Shown here: positions 55,000 to 64,000 of the stretch, piece after piece
Layout of the letters: every line of letters starts with the position of its first letter
Position numbering within the stretch: position 1 is the first letter of the stretch
Origin: Octopus vulgaris
Taxonomy: Eukaryota
Direction of reading: 5' to 3'
Assembly (NCBI GenBank): GCA_951406725.2
Contig: OX597829.1
Location: 55,676,001-55,740,000 of the forward strand
Length of the DNA: 64,000 nucleotides
Position numbers and translations under genes: made by a program
Notes under the pieces: model-generated
Told to the model about the DNA's origin: nothing
The model's database searches: none
What the model saw: the letters and a program-made list of their open reading frames with translations, nothing else

Positions 55000-56560
55000 A
55001 CCAAACCATCTTTTGATGTCCCGTTCTTGTTCATGTTCTTAGGCAGTTAAGTGTCTTCTACTAAATTCATGGTATTTCTGAACCAAGAGGGAAGCCTCCC
55101 GTAGTGGCTTATGTCAATTGGAGGAGGAGCGTTTTCAAGCTTTTCTATATAGAACTGAAGTCTAGTTTCTTATCGAGATGTTGAACGTGGCTGAGGACGT
55201 TTCTGGAAGCTTCTTCTTGACTTCAGTCGTTTGATCAGAGGTTGACGTCCATGGATGTGGTGGCGTTCATCACTTAGTCATCTCGACTCAACTGGCTACT
55301 TCTTATCTGATATAAGAAGGGGTAATTCTGCAAGGAGGTGCAGGTTTTTTTTTCTGGTGAGTTTTATGCAACCAATGGTACCATATGTTGTTCAACGCTG
55401 GATGAAGTTGCGGTGTATGCACGTTCCCCCACAAGTCCCATAGAAAGGATGTGCATACTCCGTAGTGGAATAAATAGCACCAGACCAGAGCAGTAAATAT
55501 TAATGTGGATCCACATTTTGAGTTGACCAGTTGACCAGTTGACCAGTTTCTAGAACCAACTTTCACTTTGAAGGAAAGAGAGCGATTCACGGTAAGGCCA
55601 AAGTAGACAAGGTAGGTATAGTGCATCAGTTGTATTCCCGATCACCTGATGGTAAGAGGTCGGTCGGCTAAAGATTCCTGAAGACTTGAGTCTTCAAAGG
55701 TTTTGAATGTAGGTTGTTACTTTCGAAATAGAATAGTTTCTTTAGGGTTCAGATTAGATTTGATTCTCCTACTTTAAATGCACTCTGTTGGATGTTACAA
55801 AAAGATTGTCAGCGTAGGTGAAATACTCAGTTTTCTTGTTCACTGGCTGGGTTAGGCTTAGATGTTATGTAGTAGTGGAGCCAGAAAATTACCTGGAAGC
55901 AATCATTCCGCCGCAACATTATTTTTTTGCCGACGGCACGACAAAAGCATTCATCTTTCATAAGGGCTCCAATGAAGTCTGTAAGTGCCAGATCTTTTGT
56001 CAAATCCAAGATCTTTATCAGTCGGAGACGGTGGTTCACAGTTGTATGCAACAAATAGATCAACAAAGACGGCCTCTGTTACCAGACCTTTCTGAAACCC
56101 GTCCTCAATATGTTGAGTAAGATTCAGAAACTGGTTTGTTGTAGTTTTTCCAATTCAGAATTCATCTCATTGAGGATTGAGCGTTAGTTCAGCTGTAGGG
56201 GCAAACCTTGTAATGATCAGGCTCTCAAACAGTTTATTTAATGAGTAGTATAGGATAAAGCACTTTCGTCTACAAGTTCTTTATATACGCTGGATCTTTG
56301 CCCAGCTTGAGAAGAACAATAGTCCTGGTTTCCCACCAGATCTTTGGGATGCTTTTGGTCAGCATGGATTTCTTCATCCATTACCAGGCCAGAGGTTCAA
56401 AGATTTTGGTCTCTTCTATGAAAATGTTATCTGGTTTAATAGTTTTATCGATCTTAAAGATGTTGATGATGATGCTAAGCTCTTCAAGGGAGAACGGTTT
56501 AGTTGATTCAGAGGTCTTTGAGGGTTTTGCTCGATTTGTCTTTTGGCTTTGGCTGTTTGG
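55000..56560 (-). mobile_element. Decayed LINE RT region (RTE-related, clade uncertain)
   Basis: TYLVYFGLTVNRSLSFK, HRLRLIKI and PFSLEEL...PDNIF.E fragments with many stops. Confidence 0.55.
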
Positions 56561-56623
56561 TGTTGGATTTCTAACTGAACAGCCGCTGATGCACAACTTA
56601 GTTGGTGGCAGGGTTAGTGATGT

Positions 56624-56932
56624 TGTTGTTGTTTGTTCCTTCTTGAGCCATGCCTGGCTCATAAGGGCCGGTTTCCCGGTTTCTTGGCGTATAGGTTCCC
56701 CACTTGGACGGGACACCGGTCCGTCACAGGTGAGCTGCTAGATGCAGGAGGAAAGAGTGAGAGAAAGTTGTGGCGAAATAGTCAGCAGAAGTTCGCCATT
56801 ACCTTCTGCCGGAGCCGCGTGGAGCTTAGGTGATTTCGCTCATAAACACACACATCGCTCGGTCTGAGATTCGAACCCGCGATCCCTCGACCGCGAGTCC
56901 GCTACTCTAACCACTAGGTCATGTGCCTCCAC
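56624..56932 (-). mobile_element. SINE family C
   Basis: Reverse complement of 57533-57830; (AAC)n tail. Confidence 0.8.
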
Positions 56933-57193
56933 TAAATAATAAAAAATGCGCCCTTTTAAAGCCTAACCAGGCTCATGGGCCCGGTTTCCCGGTTTCAATA
57001 GCATATGTGTCTCCCAGCTGGACGGGACGCCAGTCCATCGCAGCGTTACTCATTTTTGCTAGCTGAGTGGACTGGAGCAACGTGAAATGAAGTGTTTTGC
57101 TCAAGAACACAACGCGTCACCCGGTCCAGAAATCGAAACCACAATCTTTCGATCATGTTGCTGACACCCTAACCTCTAAGTCACGCGCCTCCA
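56933..57193 (-). mobile_element. tRNA-derived SINE family D (V-domain-like core)
   Basis: Head related to 6505-6620; gcgatggactggcgtcccgtccag core. Confidence 0.7.
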
Positions 57194-57532
57194 CAGGGTT
57201 AGTGATGTGCGACTGAGTGTTGGAATTGATGGATTAATGTTGATTTTTCGGCTGAGGCTCAACTGCTTTTTTCTGTTATTCCTCCCATCTGTTTTCTTCA
57301 TCAGATTTTGTCACTTCTACTGCCAGTGTTCCGATGGGGAGTTCACGATGGCACTTTCAACAAATGGGTACCATTCTTAGAACTGATGATATTGCACATA
57401 CAGTTTGCTTCTCTGAGTCCCAAGGCGCAAAATATATTGAGTGTAAATTGCCTCTTCAATATTTTTTGCGGGTTGCTTGTTCTAGAAGTTTAGTGAAATT
57501 GTAATAATATTTGGAGATTACTGGAAGACGGG

Positions 57533-57830
57533 TGGAGGCACATGTCCTAGTTGTTAGAGTAGCGGACTCGCGGTCGAAGGATCCCAGGTTCGAATCTCAG
57601 ACCGGGCGATGAGTGTGTTTATGATTGAAACACCTAAGCTCCACGCGGCTCCGGCAGAAGGTAATGGCGAACTTCTGCTGACTCTTTCGTCACAATTTTC
57701 TCTCACTCATTCCTCCTGCATCTAGCAGCTCACCTGTGACGGACCGGTGTCCTGTCCTGGTGGGGAAACCTATACGCCAATGAAACCGGGAAACGAGGCA
57801 TGGCTCGAAAAGGAACAAACAACAACAACA
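57533..57830 (+). mobile_element. SINE family C with TSD
   Basis: TSD actggaagacgg at 57520-57531 and 57831-57842. Confidence 0.85.
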
Positions 57831-58030
57831 ACTGGAAGACGGACGTTTTTCTTTTCTAGATCATATTTGAAGCGAAACATGTTCGCTTCGTCAAAATCGA
57901 ATCTTCTACGGAATGGAACTGTGGCTGCGGTGACTGAAATACCGACTGCAATGGCAATAGCATGAAGAGAGAAAAGGCTGAGATCCTATCTGTGATAATA
58001 CAGTTCTATATTTAAGAGATGAGGAATTAT

Positions 58031-58169
58031 GTACATTATTTACAATATTTACATTATTTACATCTTGCTTGTTGTTATCACAACGTTTCGGCTGATATAA
58101 CCTCCAGCTTTCATCAGGTGTCTTGGGGTAATTTCGAAACTGGATTCTCATTCCTAAGGTATTTTTCGA

Positions 58170-58211
<42 letters not shown>

Positions 58212-58274
58212 GGCGTAATGGTTAAGAGCGCGGGCTACTAACCCCAAGATTCCGAGTTCGATTCCAGGCAGTAA

Positions 58275-58345
<71 letters not shown>

Positions 58346-59102
58346 GCCCTGATGCAGTACCAGGCAGTGGCTCTCATGGCTTCTGATCTTAACTGATTGG
58401 AAGTGTTATCATGTACATTGTTTTGTCTTGGTATAAAAGATGGGCTACAGCAAATATTCTGCTCAATACCACAGATTTGCTTGTCAGTTGTTTGACCTTA
58501 ACCAGTTGAGCATGTCCCTTAGTGGCTGACGATATGTGCATCTCTGATCACGAGCAGAAGTAGTGGGGTAGCATCATAGCCATGTGTTGAGAGGGATTCT
58601 TTGGGGTTTGAATAGTTCACCTCTGGAAACATGGGTGGTTCTTTCAACATCCTTAAACAACCCTTATTCAGGGACCGTTTGAGCGGGATGGGCTACTCAA
58701 CCTGAAGAAAATTCTAACTGGGCCCCACCTGCAAGGTCATGTGCTGTTTATCTTGATATGAGATCACCATGTCGCGCACATATGGTTGTGATGCATGTGC
58801 CTGGTGTACCCTTATCAGACGGGTAGTCATGATGGGTATATTGGGCTTCGTATATTTTACCCCAGTGTCACTTTGATGGCATGCTCTGCTCGCTCACTCA
58901 ATAATAATAATAATAATTATAATAATAATAATAACAACAACAACAACAACATCGAAAAATATCTTAGGAATGCGAACCTAAGTTCGAAATTTCGCCAAGA
59001 CACCTGATGAAGGCTGGAGGGTATATCAGCCGAAACGTTGTGTTAACAACAAACAAGATGACGACAAATATCCGTGAAATGTAAAAAATGTAAATAATGT
59101 AC
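58031..59102. mobile_element. Composite: inverted hammerhead arm (58031-58173), tRNA-like head (58211-58277), (AAT)n with nested insert (58344-58899), hammerhead arm (58948-59102)
   Basis: Arms are diverged reverse complements; A box tggcgtaatgg and B box gagttcgattcc. Confidence 0.7.
58999..59044 (+). ncRNA. Minimal type I hammerhead motif (inverted copy at 58077-58122)
   Basis: gacac CTGATGA a ggctg...cagcc GAAAC GTT gtgtt. Confidence 0.65.
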
Positions 59103-60211
59103 TCTCTGTGATAGTTTTAAAACTCTACGAATGAAGTTTATAGTCAGTGGCGGAGGTAAGAAGTGATTAGAAAGATGAAGGATGGAAGGGGTTTTGTACA
59201 TGCTGATAATCCTACTGCTTCAGCTCGTTAGATATTACCTGGATTGCAGATGGTATCTTCTAGGACAGGGATGTATTTCGATTATTGCAATTTACATTTC
59301 CTTTTGTGCGGACAAGAGTTGTATTTCCCTCACATTCAGATGTTAACCGGCAGTGTTAAGATTTTTTGTTTTTCTGTTACCAGTTGCAATTATTGCCAAG
59401 CCTTTTAAGCCTTTTCTTTCACAAGTTTTTTTCCCATTTTATAGTGTGATTCGCTTTCAGATATCAGATTTATTTGATCATGGAGATGCGCCTGTCAATT
59501 TAGCTGAATGTATGTATTTGAAGTGTAATCTGAACGGTAAGTGAATTACCCATCAGGCCTATAAATGATTTGTCCATAATATCGTCCAGTAGTACATTAG
59601 CTCTGCACATCAGCTTCTTCAAGAAGCATTTCTTGTTAAGGGGGCATATAATTATATCCCTACATATCTGTGGAGTCGTTGGTGGAGTTGCATTTGTAAG
59701 TGATTGGTGTATCTTATATCGAACTATTTTGCTGAGCTGTTTTGGGTCCTTGTGCAGCTAACTTTAAACGTAGTCTTATTAAAATATTTACTCCATCTAT
59801 GATAAATCTATGTGTCCTTAGAAAGCTGTTTGTGGGCACATTTAAACTATACGGTTAGTTGAACGATATGGCTATGATGCTTCTTACTTGGCGCTGTTGG
59901 GTTTATTATTAAAGTCACTCCTATTTAGCGCCCTGTTATAATGAGGGCTGATTCTGTCAAATATTTGTCTGAAGATAAACTTGAGATGCACTCACCTATA
60001 TTTCTGCTAATGTTTAATGTGGCTGGTAACTGGAACATCTTAATCAGGTAAATGTATCATTTCAGTGCTTGTTAGTGTTTACATTTATAGATATATCTAA
60101 AATTTCAAAATTTTTGGTTAGTATTTATTGTAACTGTATGTTCAAACTGTCTGGATGAACCTAGTCTAGATAAACAGTCATTTTAGTACGTTCATCTCAT
60201 GCACATTCTTC

Positions 60212-60279
60212 TTGTGGACGACCACATTTGTGGACGACCACATTTGTGGACGACCACATTTGTGGACGACCACATTTGT
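60212..60279. repeat. 16-bp minisatellite x4 (tgtggacgaccacatt)
   Basis: Four exact tandem units. Confidence 0.9.
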
Positions 60280-61154
60280 CGTTATTCAATTCTGATTACG
60301 TTTTCTTGTATGTTTCCGTGCCATTGTTGTACCCATATAAAATCGAACAGCTTCTTACCGTGTCATTTTATACTAAAGCAATCATCATTAAATAACAGCG
60401 ATTAAAAAAATATATATATACTGATATTAGCAACTGTGATAGTGTCGTAACTTTGCGGGGATAGGTCTTTGAAAATAAAAAGGGGTGGGTGGTGGTTGGA
60501 ATTTAGAATTCCACGATATCAATATGAACAGATATATATAGTTGATTAGTTGATTTAGCGCGTCGGACTAAAATGCATAGCGGCATTTCGTCCGTCTTTA
60601 CGTCCAGAGTTCAAACTCCACCGATTTCAATTTTATCTTTCATCATCCCGTGGTTAATAAAATAGGTACCAGTTGAATACTGTAGTCGATATAATCGACT
60701 TTCCTTTCCCCCAAAATTACTGGCCTCGTGCCAAAATTTACTTTCGATATTATTAACTTCTTGATATGTTTTTTTCTTTGTTATACCTAATTCAGAGTTC
60801 ATTTGGTTGATTACTCGATACTTAGGAATCATCGGTTTCTGTTCCTAACTAAAGAAAACCCCCAGTTCTACTTAAGTTTAGATGCTCAAGCGCCTCGGAG
60901 CCAGTTGTCTGTTCATGTTAAGTTTCCTTGACATCCTATCGCCTCATCGAATAGAATGAACAGAATGGGAAAAAGCATACAACTTCCTGTATAAAAGGGA
61001 AAAACTAGAGCATGTGGTCATTTGTGTGAAGAACAGCGATGAGATGGAATTGTGTGATTGGCCGGCCATCTACCGACATTCCAGCAGAATATATACAAGC
61101 CTTTTACTCAGCAGTAAAGAAAAGCAGCATATATATGTTGTGATATATGTTATA

Positions 61155-61385
61155 AGGCGGCGAGCTTGCAGAGACGTTAGCGTGCCGGGCCAAATTCTTA
61201 GCGGTATTTCGTCTGTTGTTACGTTCTGAGTTCAAATTCCGCCGAGGTCGACTTTGCCTTTCATCCTTTCGGGGTCGATAAATAAAGTACCAGTTTCGCA
61301 CTGGGGTCGATGTAATCGACTTAATCCCTTTGTCTGTCCTTGTTTGTCCCCTCTATGTTTAGCCCCTTGTGGGCAATAAAGAAAT
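61155..61385 (+). mobile_element. SINE family B, full length
   Basis: Close match to 38559-38789. Confidence 0.85.
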
Positions 61386-61714
61386 ATATATGTTGTGATG
61401 CTGATGCACGTGTTTGAATCAAGCATGAAAGGCATCATTGTATCTTGAGCTTGGAATATTGTAGTTTTCACTTTAAGTTTTGCATTCGAAACCTGGGTTT
61501 TTGAGGAATGTCCGTCAAATCTGTCAACTGGTATAACTTTCCATCTTTATGAGACCAGCAATGTCCGATCAGCTCAGTCTGTGCTGAGTAAAGCTGTTTT
61601 GGTTTTAAATCATCTCGGCAGTTGTTATTCTAGGATAGAGAAAACACCTGTGAGACGTATACATGGCATAGGATTCTTGTATTTAGTCTTTAAGCTTTTA
61701 TCTTTTGTTTTTTT

Positions 61715-62147
61715 TTATCTGCTTTCAGTCATTAGGCTGCGGCCATGCTGAGGCACCACCTTGAGAATTTTTGGTCGAATGAATTGACCTCAATACTTTT
61801 CTTTTAAGCCTGGTACCTTTTTATCGATCTCTTTTGCCGAATCGCTAAATTACGGAGACACACCAATACATGCTGTCAAGCGGTGATGGGGAGACAAATA
61901 TATGCTCAAAGACACACACACGCATACACACACGCACAACACATACACACACGTGCACATATACACACACACACATGTATACGGCGGACTTCTATAAGTT
62001 TCTGCCTACCAAATCCACTCACAAAGCTTTGGTCAGCCCGATGTTATAGTAGAAGACACTTGCACCAAAGTATCTCGCAATGGGACCGAACCCGGAACCA
62101 TGTGGCTGTGAAGCAAGCTTCTTACCACTCAGCTACACTTGCGCCCA
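61715..62147 (-). mobile_element. SINE family A, diverged
   Basis: Reverse complement of the family consensus. Confidence 0.75.
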
Positions 62148-62787
62148 TATGATGATTGATATATTAGTATTTGATTCGGACAATGCCGTCAGCTTCGTTC
62201 TCTGGATCCCAGTCCGCTTTCCCAAATGTCTGCATTTTCATTTTGCTGTTTAGCTGTCACATAATACACAAGAATGCTTCCTTCAATGATTTGGCTATTC
62301 CTCCATCAGCTGATAGCAGAAACCCTTAATTTTTGGAAGGGGAAATGGCAGTTCCAATTTAACTGGGTCTATCGACCACTCTCTGTACCCCCTTACATCT
62401 TTTCTGCGATGTTTAAAAGCCTGTATGTATTCTATTGGAGTGCCCGATAAAGGCCAGGAAACTACACTCTTTCGTTCACTCACCGTTTATTGTAATCATA
62501 CACACACTCGCCCTTCTAACATTATCAGTTGTGTATCTTCTTTCCTGCCATTCCGTTCATTTTGCTTGATAAACCGACGAACTGCAGGAGAAACTCCAGA
62601 GTTACACCAACTGAACAAATGAAATAAATCATCTTCTACCATGGCATCTACTACATCTTCTAATGTTCTTTAATAGCAAGAGGGCTCACGTGTCTTTGTG
62701 AGTGTTTGTGTATGTCATAATCGAAGCTGAATTACTTTTGTACTTATCGACAGAAGTACTTTTGAACTTCCTATCTATGTAGCGAAT

Positions 62788-62965
62788 AAGGCAGCGAGCT
62801 GGCAAAATGGTTGTTAGCACACCGGACAAAATGTTTAGCGGCATTTCTTCCGGTCTTACGTTCTGAGTTAAAATTCCGGCGAGGTTGACTTTGCCTTTCA
62901 TCCTTTCGGGGTCAATTTAATAAGTACCAGTTATGCACTGTGGTCTATGTAATAGACTTACCTTC
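62788..62965 (+). mobile_element. SINE family B, diverged
   Basis: gaggttgactttgcctttcatcctttcggggtc core. Confidence 0.75.
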
Positions 62966-63090
62966 TCCTCCAAAATTTTAGGACTTACCCTCTCTTCCAA
63001 AATATCTATAACAACTTTATCTATGGCTGTCAGTTTGTCTGTCTATCTGTCTGTCTCTCTCTTTCTCTCTCTCCCTAAACATGTGTGTGT

Positions 63091-63126
<36 letters not shown>

Positions 63127-63166
63127 CTTGTATGGAGTTCTATTTCATCTTATTCCACCAAAACCT

Positions 63167-64000
63167 ACGAGGTGGTACCCAAAAGTTCCCAAACTAGTTC
63201 TGTAGCGCACCAACAGATGGCAGCACACGGTTGCATGCGCTGCGAGAGCTAGCAGTGACCTTCATGACGTAGTCTGACGAGTGACATCACTGTGTTTACT
63301 TCCCAATTTGTGAAATTTGTGTTGTGTGTTTTTAGATCACGAGTATGCTGTAGTCTGCGATTTTGTCATGGACAAGAACAAAGAGCCAATGTGACATCTT
63401 GCGTTAAACTTGGGAAGCCTGCAAAAGAGGCACTGAGCTTGCTTTCGCAAGTTTACAGCGACGAGGCAATGGGTTATACGCAATGATTCGAGTGGTACGA
63501 GCGCTTCAAAAGCGGAAGATCGTCCCTGAAAAACAATGAGCGATCTGGGAAGTGGCAGAGTGCATCTAGGATTCTTCCTGCATGGCCAGACCGTCAATCG
63601 AGAGTTCTACTACGACGTTTCGAAGCGTCTGAGGGAAGACATTCGGAGAAAGCGATCGGATCTGTGGAGCGCGAAGAATCAGATTCTTCACGACCACTCT
63701 CCTCACTCGTGAGTTCCTCACCAAAGACAACATGGTATCACTTCCACACCCACCCAATTCGCCAGATTTAACACCAGCAGACTTCCATCTCTTCCCCTAG
63801 ATGAAATGGCAGCTGAAAGGACGCCGTTTTAACACCGTTGTTGAGATCTAGAGCGAATTGCAGAAGTTCCTAGACTCACGGAAAACGACATCCAGGGCCA
63901 ATTCCAAAAGTGGTAGAAATGCTGAAGCAGGTGTATTGCTCTGCTGCGCAAGATGGCTATTTCAAACGAGATGATGCTAAAACTAAAGCAAATAGCTTAT
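63167..64000 (+). mobile_element. Internally deleted mariner remnant (related to 40985-41685)
   Basis: TA + cgaggtggtacccaaaagttccc TIR-like start; EQRANVTSCVKLGKPA; PHPPNSPDLTPADFHLFP near 63740-63800. Confidence 0.8.

Noticed and set aside
58211-58277. tRNA gene (also heads at 6505, 23340, 57533)
   Set aside because: A/B boxes are present but there is no complete acceptor stem, and they continue into SINE bodies.

Overview
AT-rich, microsatellite-saturated animal DNA made almost entirely of transposable-element remnants. The SINE families and the (TA)n/(CA)n/(TATC)n/(TATG)n density look like an octopus (cephalopod) genome; this is an inference from recognising the repeats. No intact protein-coding gene is supported. 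ORFs in the track are either microsatellite translations or broken TE ORFs: Penelope-like RT/GIY-YIG, R4/Dong-like and Hero-like RLE LINEs, Tx1/L1-like, RTE and mariner. The main signal is RNA-structural. At 7302-10068 there is a young head-to-tail array of about 5.7 x 485-bp non-coding units. Each unit carries a complete type I hammerhead ribozyme fold on the + strand, and the array is preceded by an inverted partial unit and sits in (TA)n, i.e. a retrozyme-like/Penelope-mobilised element predicted to yield 485-nt linear or circular RNAs. About ten further intact or decayed hammerhead motifs are scattered across the window, including one in a putative tRNA-headed SINE and one in the 3' end of a Penelope element. 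The window also shows many local inverted duplications, microsatellite-targeting LINEs, a SINE/LINE pair sharing a 3' tail, and one promoter-like ETS-CRE motif cluster.
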